DNA from: Eledone cirrhosa
Taxonomy: Eukaryota
Direction of reading: 5' to 3'
Assembly: GCA_964016885.1 (NCBI GenBank)
Contig: OZ024740.1
Span: 359,104,001-359,168,000 of the forward strand
DNA: 64,000 nucleotides
Below the pieces are notes generated by a model, which worked only from the letters and a program-made list of their open reading frames with translations, searched no databases and had not been told where the DNA came from. Every line of letters starts with the position of its first letter. Within the stretch, counting starts at the first letter, position 1. The position numbers were made by a program, and so were the translations under genes. Of the stretch, positions 53,489-64,000 are shown piece by piece.

Positions 53489-53492
<4 letters not shown>
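53098..53492 (+). mobile_element. Short fold-back Penelope-type element: (TA)n, inverted arm, arm with hammerhead, tail, (TA)n
   Basis: ~137-bp arms 53098-53234 / 53241-53377 around a 6-nt loop CTACCT; unique tail 53378-53492. Confidence 0.85.
53291..53343 (+). ncRNA. Hammerhead ribozyme (type I minimal)
   Basis: ATTTTAT CTGATGA GGACGTAC-TGTT-GTACCTCT GAAAT GTGT ATA ATAAAAT. Perfect 7-bp stem I. Confidence 0.8.
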
Positions 53493-53548
<56 letters not shown>

Positions 53549-54699
53549 GCGGCAAAATACTTGAAAAGTATGTGATGGACAAATAAAACTGTATGTGTCC
53601 TTTATCTTAATTGGTATATTTGTATCATCCAATATCAGATGTTAAAATAAGTGGCTTGTCGAATATTCCGTGATGGAACAACAAAATTGCGAATTCAAAT
53701 ATAAACGGCAGTTATACAATTAAATTATAATTTAAAAACCACTATAATTTGAAAAAAAAACTGTTTCCCTAAAGCAGAGAGGCGTTATATATCCAAATAC
53801 GGGAGTTGACCTACCGCTCCTAATCCTGCTGGTCGTCCTCGACACCTCAGACTCTCTGGCTCCGTGGACAGCCGTTTTCTTCCGCTAAGTCAAAGGTGTG
53901 CATCCCCCCTCTGATTTTCTATTCCTCTGTTTATTATCTTAATCCTTTGAAAAACATTACTTTCACCATTATTCACTTCTGTTCAACAATAAATTCATTT
54001 AATTCACTACTATAATGGAACAACCAAATTTTCAGTTACGACATAACTGGCAATTTTACAAATATTAGCATATAATTTGAAAATAAATTTTTTCTACTAT
54101 AAATAGCTCGATAATTAAAATAATAATTGTGTAAATTTTAATGTTTTGAAACAAGAGTGTAACGTTTTTGTCGTGTTTTTTGTAGTTAGCGTGATAAAAT
54201 TATATCATAGTTAACATAATTTCAACAATTAATACTCAGTATTAAATATTAATGCAATTATTTTCCATTTCATTAGACACAATTAATAAGCTAATCCTTA
54301 TTGGATAATTACATATCGGAGATTTTATCTAAGAAGTACATGAGTATCCAAATATATTTCCATGTGAATCTATTAATAATAAATTTCAGCCTACTATTAG
54401 AAAAACAATATATCTTTTACAATAATATCGTAAGTCATGTTAAAACGGTATAAGAATTAAAAGATAAGTGAACTGTATTATTATGGTGTTATATATGATG
54501 GTATTTTTGTTGTTTTACATAAGAAATGCTCTTAGAAAAACATGTCATTAGCTTACTCAATAATCAAATATTTGTATAACAGAGTGTGTCAGATTTTTAG
54601 GATATTTGTATAAATTTAGAAATGCTATATTTAGATACAAATTGGTACAAATATTATGTGCAATACATTTATTATATCTGTTCAATGAATTATCTGTTA

Positions 54700-55400
54700 G
54701 CTTGAATAACTGATCCAGTGCGGTGTCTGAAGCGTTGGCATGCCCGAATCAGATGATTTCTATCAATATTGGACATTGTGCTGATAAGATTCTATAATGT
54801 CGCGAGGTTGAGAATTGATCTCTTTCATATGTAATAAACAAGGGTATTGAGATCTGGTGAGTAGGAGGCCGTTTGTCTGGAAGAACGTGGTCACGGAGAT
54901 TGTTACGCATCCATGATGTGTAGTTTTGTCCTTATGAGAAGGCATGGAGCCTTGTTGGGAGACGAATAGTTTTCCGTTACTTATCTTGTCTATCTAGGGC
55001 TTGACAACTGTCTCCACCACCACTTTGTAGACAACAGCGTTTGACTATTAAATCCCGAGAAATAAATTAGGAGACATGGCAACTCTCTCGTTGCTGACGA
55101 CACCCAGAACCATTATAGTCGCAGGAAATTTGGTGGATATTACCGTTGAAACCTCAATTGGGTCTCTACATAACCATATATCGTCCCTTCGATTTACCTT
55201 TTGGTCATGATCAAAGCTTTTCTCATTAGAAACCAACCAAAGCAGTCCAGCTTCTCGATGTTTTATCTTATTCAGTACATTGCACGGATCAAAAAAATGT
55301 TCTTTTATCACATCCATATATGAATATACAAATATACACCTACCTAGCCGGTCACCCATTGTCACTTCCTGTATTGATCAACCCACACTCGCACGACACT
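54700..55400 (-). mobile_element. Tc1/mariner-superfamily transposase remnant
   Basis: SNEKSFDHDQKVNRRDDIWL, FPATIMVLGVVSNE, QQGSMPSH and PPT/YSPDLN-like motifs across frameshifts. Confidence 0.75.
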
Positions 55401-55758
55401 ACACTTCCAGCAACAACACTAGCTTTGTCACAGTTTGACATAGAAGACCTTCATACCTACATACCTTTACACAAATAAGCACACATACACATTCACACGC
55501 ACACACACACACACACACACACATATTAACTTAAAATATACAACGATTATCTCCCTTTTAAAAACTCTCATACATCTAGTCATATTCTGACTATCACTTC
55601 TCCAAAATAACTGACTAAACACACACTTGCATTTCCTCTGCAAAACGTGGTCTTTCTTTCCCTGAAAAACATCAGATATGTTAAGTCTCACTACTTTTTA
55701 TATCAAGCGTTATATATCTTCAGAGTACTATATCATTTCCCTATCTTCCTTATCCGTT

Positions 55759-55813
<55 letters not shown>

Positions 55814-55973
55814 TCAGGTTATCAATAATGTAGTGATAATATATCGTTACGTTAGAGATGAACAGCGTACGTGCAGGTTTGCTCAACGAGTATAAATTAT
55901 ATTCCGGAGAAATGTAGAAAGGATGAATATAAAATGAAAGTGCTTTTGTTAAAAAAGGAATTTATTAGGTATT

Positions 55974-56082
55974 GACATATGTTTCTGTAACAGACCGAAT
56001 ACCTATGTATCGCTGCTTGCGTAATCATATAATGTTAGCAAGTATTCGATAGCAAATGTATAATCAGTTGTCACTTCTTCAG
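55974..56082 (-). ncRNA. Hammerhead motif with ~90-nt stem II (3' pseudo-LTR copy)
   Basis: CTGAAGA A GTGACA...TGTTAC A GAAAC ATAT GTC; stem I is poorly paired. Confidence 0.62.
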
Positions 56083-58131
56083 AGATTTTGGATAAACTGG
56101 ATAAAATCAGAAAAATTGAAGTATTTATATTAGTAAAAGAGGAAGGAACAGAGGGGATAGAATATGACAGATGGTAAAATAATTTACTGCTAAACAAGTA
56201 TATAATGGGTTTTTAATGAGAATACCATGAGTAAATCTAAATAAGAATTTTGGGAGTGCCAATTTTAATCTCTACTTGACCAACTGGACAGTGGACAGGG
56301 CTGGTCATTTGGTGCAGTAGTATTAATTATAAAGTGTCAATTGGGGAAGGGGGAGATTTCGATTGCTACTAAATAACATCAATGCTAGTATCCAGCTGGT
56401 ATATGCACTAGGGAATTGAATCAAGAAATCAGAAATCTCATTTTATCTATAGCAGTTTGTATTAAAAGGTAAATAATAGAAGAGTTGATAGAATTAAGAC
56501 TAATAAAGAATGTTCATATCTATTTTGACAATCAAACGGGGATAGAGACAGGCGTTCAATCCTGGTAGTATTTATAATATGAAAATGTAGATTTTAAGCG
56601 ATGGTTACAGTATAACGATCGCTCTATTCTGTTATTTAATAAAATGTTTTTGGATTTCATAATACAAAATAATTCTACATTACATAATTTACAAAATTCC
56701 TGTCCATTGGAATATGGGGGGGCATCGCTATTATATCCCATTTTAGGTGAAATTGTTGGTTATTTTCACGCAGCTGCCAAGCCTTGTCTGCGAGTGTTGT
56801 TACATAACGCTGGTTTTCATGTTTTATCGAGTAACGATGTCTATAAAGGCGTGATTTGAAGGATGTGGCTGTAGATCCCACATAGTACCACTTCTGTCTA
56901 TCCGATTCGATAGTACATTTGTATACGATGTTGCGTTCAAGACACTGATTGTTCAACGGACACATTCCTGGTTGGACACAGTTGCAATTACAATTTTGCG
57001 TTGTTGTATTGCCATGGATGGGTTGATGAGGTTGCTTATGTAGGACAGGATGTTGTTTGTTGTTTTGTGATGTTATAGCTAATGTTTTACGTGTATTGTT
57101 ATGTGTTGGAAGGCGTTTATACAACCGTTTTGCGTTAAGCTTTTTTATATGTTGTTCAATATTAGGGGCGGTTGAATATGAAAGTCGAATAGTGTTAGGG
57201 TTTAAGATTTTATTATATTTATGTGATGTTGGAAAGTGTTTTCTAACTAATCGAAAGAATTTTGAGGGTAGATAGGTTTTAATAGATTTGTTATAGACCG
57301 GGTTGTACCAGATATACTCCTTACATCGCCTTCTGTTTGGTGGTGTGCGACTATTATTGTGTCTATTGCGGTAGTGTATGTATGGTGGTGATTCTGTGCT
57401 ATTTCTACTCCTATGTGATTTATTTTGGGTGTTTTGGTGATCATTGACTATATACTCTATATTATCTAGGTGACCGGCTTTCCTAAGTGCATCATCATAA
57501 TACTCGGCATGTTCTTTGAAGGTTTGTTGGTTGGACGATAGGCGGGAGATTCTAAGAGAAACATTTCTAGGGATGGATTTAATTATAGAGAGTGGATGGT
57601 TAGAACTCGTATTTACATATTTAAGGTTCTCATTTAGTTTATGGAACGGTTTAATCGTATCTGTATTGAGATTGAAAGTAACATCAAGGAAATTGACCTC
57701 TTTGAGGTTATATTCAAATGTAATATTTAATCCTATTTATTACAATATTTAATACAAACTGCTATAGATAAAATGAGATTTCTGATTTCTTGATTCAATT
57801 CCCTAGTGCATATACCAGCTGGATACTAGCATTGATGTTATTTAGTAGCAATCGAAATCTCCCCCTTCCCCAATTGACACTTTATAATTAATACTACTGC
57901 ACCAAATGACCAGCCCTGTCCACTGTCCAGTTGGTCAAGTAGGAATTAAAATTGGCAATCCCAAAATTCTTATTTAGATTTACTCATGGTATTCTCATTA
58001 AAAACCCATTATATACTTGTTTAGCAGTAAATTATTTTACCATCTGTCATATTCTATCCCCTCTGTTCCTTCCTCTTTTACTAATATAAATACTTCAATT
58101 TTTCTGATTTTATCCAGTTTATCCCAAATCT

Positions 58132-58240
58132 CTGAAGAAGTGACAACTGATTATACATTTGCTATCGAATACTTGCTAACATTATATGATTACGCAAGCA
58201 GCGATACATAGGTATTCGGTCTGTTACAGAAACATATGTC
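58132..58240 (+). ncRNA. Hammerhead motif with ~90-nt stem II (inverted copy)
   Basis: Reverse complement of 55974-56082. Confidence 0.62.
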
Positions 58241-58356
58241 AATACCTAATAAATTCCTTTTTTAACAAAAGCACTTTCATTTTATATTCATCCTTTCTAT
58301 ATATATATATATGGAGATAACCGACCATATATATATATATGTATATTGGTATATAG

Positions 58357-58403
<47 letters not shown>

Positions 58404-58519
58404 GATAACCGACCAGGGTGTTGTGCAATCCACATTTAAGTCGGACTCGGCTGTGATGCAGATAAAATGAAGCACTCAACGAGATGTATAAATGGTGCAA
58501 GCTGGAGCATTATAGAGTA

Positions 58520-59442
58520 CTAGCAGTCGTACCCGGCGTTGCACGGGATAAGGTATTTTGGAATGCGGGCCGCCAACAGACCTAATCGTGGAAAAACTGC
58601 ATGCCTGGACAATATGTAAAGAAAATAAACCGAATACTCTGATGGCTGGATAATCTTTAAGATTTTCCTCGATGAAGCAAGAAAAATGCAGGTTTTCACC
58701 TAATGCGAGTCCTAGGGGATCAAGAAAATAATTTTTTTTTATGTGCATAATATGCCTTGAAATTTCGGGAAAATCGGCTAGAAGTAACGCCTCCAAAAAG
58801 CCCTAAAAAGCTGAAAAAATTAAGTTTTTCACCTAAAAACTAGGCCATAAAAAAGTTGGATTTTCTTTGCTCACCGTATGAAGAAGAGACTGACTAATAC
58901 ATTTCAAGGAAATCGGTCTGACGTAACGCCTCAAAAAACCCCTAAAAAGCTTAAAAAATGCAGTTTTTCACCTTATGCGGGCCCTTGGAGATCAAAAAGT
59001 TGAATTTTTTATGTGCATAGCACTCCCTGAAACATAAGTAATACACATGTAAAGTTTGAAAAAGATCGGTTGGGTACTTCTCGAGTTTTAGGGATTCAAA
59101 CTCACAGACACACACACACACTCACACACACAGACAGACATCCTCAGGGAAGTGACCTATTGCAGACAGCCAGACATACAGACAGATATTATAAGGGCGC
59201 GACGTTATATGTATGTATCTATCTAAAAAGAGAAAGACTAAGAATTATAGAGAGAGATGACTAAATCGCCTAATGCGGTCCCTAGGGCATTGAAAATTTG
59301 AAATTCCTTTGCTCAGAACACTCCCTGAAACATAAGTATTATATGTGTAAAGTTTGAAAACAGTCGGTTGGGTGGTTCTCGAGTTTTAGGGTTTCAAACT
59401 CACACACACACAGACAGACATCCTCAGTTTTATATATAGAGA
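58520..59442 (-). mobile_element. Non-autonomous Helitron
   Basis: Minus strand starts A|TCTCTATATATAAAACTGAGGATGTCTGTCTG and ends with hairpin CCCG-TGCAACGC-CGGG, then CTAG|T. Contains an internal duplication (about 58965-59146 and 59268-59427). Confidence 0.85.
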
Positions 59443-59644
59443 TTAACTACATGGAAGGCCATGTTGTGTCCATGTCCAGGTTTATTTTCACCTCCATGAT
59501 ACATATTTGGTTGAGGTCGATGGCTAGGTAGTTTTCTCCCTACCCATTCCACCAGCCTGAATATGGTATAAAACTCTTTAAACCACAGGTTCTTAACCCA
59601 TTTCGGCCAAACGCCCCCTTTTTCCCCTCGAAATCACGAAACGC

Positions 59645-59677
<33 letters not shown>

Positions 59678-60263
59678 CTACCCTATTTTTTCCACTTTTC
59701 AATATACTACTGATTTTGATATTAACAGATTACTGAGCCAAATCAAGTTATGTTAGAATATTAATTGTTTAAAGTTTAAACATTTGCATAAAACCCTTTT
59801 TTTTTAAGTTCCTCAAAAAAATTCAATACATTCTTTTAAAAAAAAAGTATTTTTATTATGTGTGGGACGGGCAGTATGTGTTGATGTTTCTATGCCAGAA
59901 GACCTCTTTATGAACCCTAGTGCCGGGGTGGAAGTGTCGGTCTATTCATCATCTCATGTCACTTCAGGTGGATGTCAAAAATAGCGAATCATCATTAAAG
60001 GGACTAATTCTGCAAGTACCCTGCCTCTCTTCCACCAAGGTGTTTACTCGTCGGCAACACTATCATGCCATTAAGGTTATGTGGGGGAGGAGGGAATAAC
60101 TGTGAAAGAAGGGTTAGAATATACACAAAATAACATAAAATTGAGGATTAAATTGAGGATTAAATTAAATGGATATCCTTAAACATTAAAGATTAGCAAG
60201 AATAAAGTAGTCATATAATATATGAGTAATATATATTACACATACACACACACGCACACACAC

Positions 60264-60317
<54 letters not shown>

Positions 60318-60349
60318 AGAAAGAGAGAGAGGGAGACAATAAGGATAGG

Positions 60350-60745
60350 ATGGAAAAAATCAGAGAGCTACTCCGACTGTTGACCAAAAGAAGGTTTCTC
60401 CCTTCGTACGAAAGGGCGACTGTATGACGCCTGTGTTCGAAGTGCGATGCTACATGGTATTGAAGTATGGGCTGTGACTACAGAGGACATGCGTAGACCG
60501 GAGAGAAATGAAGCAACCATGATCCGTTGGATGTGCAATGTGAGTGTGAGAGAAAGGCAGAGCTCGAACGAGTTGAGGGTGAAGCTGAGTTTAAAGAAGA
60601 ATCCGAGGTTGTGAGTAGGAGAGATGAGTGAGTTGGTTTGGACATGTGATGCGCATGGACAATTATTTCGGGATGAAAGTGTGCCAGGAGATGTCAGTAG
60701 AAGAAAGCCGTGGTAGAGGTAGACCAAGAAAGGCTTGGGCACAGG
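60350..60745 (+). mobile_element. RTE LINE C-terminal fragment
   Basis: KGRLYDACVRSAMLHGIEVWAV...MIRWMCNVS, SWFGHVMRMD, GRGRPRKAW. Confidence 0.8.
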
Positions 60746-61010
60746 CATTGCTTTATATCTGGATATCTCTCTGCACTTGCCGTCACATGGTACCATGGGC
60801 CCAGCACTATGTGTCAATAATTGTCACAAGTGTAGTGTTTGTACCAGAGTTTTCAAGTCGCTGGCTGGACTAAAAAGTCACACTCGTTCAGCGCATCGGT
60901 AGGGGTTCTCCTACATGGATATAAGTAGTGGCCGTACTCGAAAACGAGTTGGCAGCCACCATGTATGTATGTATGTATGTATGTATGTATGTATGTATGT
61001 ATGTATGTAT
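60746..61010 (+). mobile_element. RTE/BovB-like 3' end with C2H2 finger and (TATG)n tail
   Basis: HKCSVCTRVFKSLAGLKSHTRSAHR*, short UTR, then (ATGT)n. Confidence 0.6.
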
Positions 61011-61300
61011 AGAACGTTGGATAAAATGATTTGCGGCATTCGTTCCGTCTCTCTACTCTTTGAGTTCAAATCCTGCCGAAGTCAACTTTGCCTTTCATCC
61101 CCTGCAGGTCGATAAAAAAAGTATCAGTCTAGGCCTGGGGAGGATACTTTCCCCAGATCTCATTTTCAGTTCTTTTCTCTCATTCTTTATCCTTCTCTGG
61201 GAGAAATCTGCTGTATTCAGGTTGAAAAATGCCTTAGAAACGCCGTATGTCAATATGGCGCTCATACATCCCCCTCAAGATTTATAGGTCCTTGCATACA

Positions 61301-61372
<72 letters not shown>

Positions 61373-61377
61373 AATAT

Positions 61378-62025
61378 AAATTGAAACAAAATGAAAACGA
61401 AATTTCATTTCTCACTCTTAGTATGGCACTTACTTAAATGTAAGTATGCATGTATACGTACATACATATATGTATACAGACGTACAGTAGCATGCACATA
61501 TATATATATATATATACATATGCATACAGGTACACATACATACATGCACGTATCAGTTTAGCGGCGCTTATTATAACGTCGCTTTGTTCGTTTGTAAATA
61601 AACTGAACAGCCTGAATTTATGCCATACGGTGTTAAGGCAACCACGTCACCTTTTTGTTCAACACTGACACAGGAACGATGTACTAGTTTCAAGCTTGTT
61701 AGCTATCATCAGCACCGTTTACCCATCTGCCAGATAGTTGAACGTTTGAAAGTATATACTTTCCTTATGAAAATTAACGGCTGAGCAGCCTAATTTGCAT
61801 ATTGAGTGAGTTAAATCGGTCAGGCATAAATTCAGGCTGTTCAGTTTGTTTACAAACGAACAAAGCGACGTTATAATAAGCGCCGCTAAACTGATACGTG
61901 CATGTATGTATGTGTACCTGTATGCATATGTATGTATATATGTATATATATATATATATATATGTGCATGCTACTGTACGTCTGTATACATATATGTATG
62001 TACGTATACATGCATACTTACATTT
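61378..62025 (-). mobile_element. Non-coding Penelope-type element with ~190-200 bp inverted arms and a hammerhead in the spacer
   Basis: Arms 61436-61624 / 61823-62025, tail 61378-61435 on one side only, (TA)n flanks. A collapsed relative lies at 32248-32310. Confidence 0.8.
61675..61719 (-). ncRNA. Minimal hammerhead ribozyme
   Basis: AACGGTG CTGATGA T AGCT-AACA-AGCT T GAAAC TA GTA CATCGTT. 7-bp stem I; palindromic ACTAGT at stem III. Confidence 0.82.
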
Positions 62026-62031
62026 ATATAA

Positions 62032-62138
<107 letters not shown>

Positions 62139-63160
62139 TGTGTGTGTGTGTACCACATATATTGATTACTTATGTTGATCTTAAAACAAGCTGTATTGAT
62201 ATCTGGACAGCTTTCGCTTGCTGTCAGATCATTGATAGCGAATAAATGTATACGAAAACAGCCTATTTGCAAACAACAACAGCTAAATAATGGAATCACT
62301 ATTCCGAAGACAAACTGAATATTGTATTAAAACTATTTTTGTTTATTTCTTTGAACCTTCTACTTAATCTACGTACTTGAAACTCTCTTAAGCCCTTTCC
62401 TTTTTCAGCTGTTTTTTCCTCTCTATTTCTAACGCTGTTTAAATACTCCTTAGAAACGACCTGCTATTTTAATGAATGGTGGATGACTTAAATATATCTA
62501 CACAAACATCTCGTTTCCCTTTTCGTCTATTGTTCAACATTCCTACAGTGTTGCTTTTGTGCCTGTCCACCAGTTTGTCCATTAAATATCTGACCAGTTT
62601 CTTGATGAGCAAGCAAATACGAATATAGTCCAAGACCAATACGTAATACACAGTTTCGGCAATAGTCCAGACACGAATGATAAATGTCATTATTACTGTT
62701 TAATGATTGAATAGTGACATGCTGCCCTTTCACGTTGTGTGGTGTGCTTGGTTTCGAATTGTTGTTCCCCATTGTAGGTAACTCTTCGTCACACCTTCCA
62801 ATCTGCAGTATCACCTTCAAGGTATTTGACAGAAAGTGCACAAGTATTTTGGAAGCGCCTCAGTTGATCTATCAAAAGCATTTTATATCAACCGAGATAC
62901 TATTGGCTGATGGGACTCCTTTATGTGGAATACGTGCCCTGTCCAGTGGAGAACGCGTTTTATGCTCATCGTTTGTGTTTATGGCATGCGCACGCCTCAG
63001 CATTTCAGTGTGAGGAAGTTTGTTATTCTACATGATTCCAAGGTTATGATGCAAACAGTAAATATGCTTCCTACGTTGAGATTTAATACTGGGCAGTCCA
63101 GCATTTTCACCCACACATCCGATTCAATGCGTTTGGTAAACATTAATCTTCATATAAAAG

Positions 63161-63322
63161 TGGATTGGCAGTATCGGTAGAGGGTCGGACGCCATGCTTT
63201 GCAGCAAAGAGTTACGGCCCTTTAGGGTTAACTTTGCCTTTCATCCTTACGGGGTCGATAAAATAAAGTACTAGTAATACACTAGGTAATTGCTGGCCTT
63301 GTGCCAAAAGTAGAAACAATTA
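63161..63322 (+). mobile_element. tRNA-derived SINE with the B-box region deleted
   Basis: Head, core and GGCCTTGTGCCAAAAGTAGAAACAATT tail as at 3718-4107. Confidence 0.82.
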
Positions 63323-64000
63323 ATCTTCATATAAAAATGATGGTTCAAGAAAACATGTGTGAGAAAACATCAGAACGCAGAAGAGGTTTGTTTGATTCGG
63401 TTATTAAGAACCCTAACATGGTTGCTTCATTAACGAGAATGCTGCCAAAATAGCTTAAAAGCAGGCGTGGCCGTTTGATGTATGAACAAATTCTATGGAG
63501 ATTAAAGACTTCCGTCAAAGCGATATTCTGCACATTTCCGTCGTTTACATCCATGCCTTATCCAGAGAAAATTTATATTTTGAAAAAGACAGGAGCAACA
63601 ACATATCTCTGTTTAACCTCAACCCCGATTCCAAAGAGCAGAGACTATTTGCCGGCCATACAGACTTTAGCCATTATTGCATTATCAGTGACATTATATG
63701 TGATGAAAATCGAGATTCCCGCACATCCTGATTCTTCCGATAGCAGTTCATGGTTACGCAAGTCACAGAAAGTAAAACTAATTTTTTTTCTGGCTCTTTT
63801 CAATATTTACCGGTCTACAAAAACTCCGCTGATTGTGCCATGCTGCGACCGATAGCAGCATTCAAACTTATGAATTACTCTTGACGTTATTCCGTTAAAT
63901 AAGCCTTCTGAGAGGGTGTGAGCGAGGATTTTTTCCTGTGATATCTAAAACAAATATGCAACGGCTTTTTCTACAATCAGAACTATCGCCTTTGCTTTTG

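Larger units (their letters stand above)
55890..58299 (-). mobile_element. Penelope-like element (probably Naiad clade), 5'-truncated, with 552-bp inverted repeat
   Basis: CNCNCVQPGMCPLNNQCL, NIVYKC...YVGSTATSFKSRLYRH, FCKLCNVE. 55915-56466 and 57748-58299 are near-perfect reverse complements. Confidence 0.92.

Noticed and set aside
62460-63960. Weakly coding-like sequence near the window end (possible old LINE or host exon)
   Set aside because: No unambiguous motif and no LRR exon with splice sites; needs a translated search.

Overview
AT-rich animal genomic DNA, probably a coleoid cephalopod such as Octopus (inferred from the SINE types and the dense (TA)n/(CA)n microsatellites). The host gene is on the + strand: three phase-matched leucine-rich-repeat exons (5402-5473, 19859-19927, 20948-21091) whose peptides follow the LRR order of LGR4/5/6-type (rickets-like) GPCRs. 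Nearly everything else appears to be intron filled with mobile DNA, and two patterns stand out. (1) Two clusters (6.9-18.7 kb and 45.8-53.0 kb) each contain the same trio of one Tx1-clade LINE family and two R4/Dong-like RLE LINE families, joined at (AAT)n/(ATT)n tracts in a fixed relative orientation. A local SINE has a 3' end resembling the Tx1 3' end. (2) Between 24 and 62 kb there are many Penelope-like elements and short fold-back derivatives in (TA)n tracts. They carry about ten hammerhead ribozyme motifs, some with a ~60-90 nt stem II. One family present in about eight copies keeps only the 3' half of a hammerhead and folds back where stem II should be. RTE, CRE, mariner and Helitron remnants are also present. 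All calls were made by eye; no database search or folding program was run, so boundaries are approximate unless splice sites or termini are quoted.
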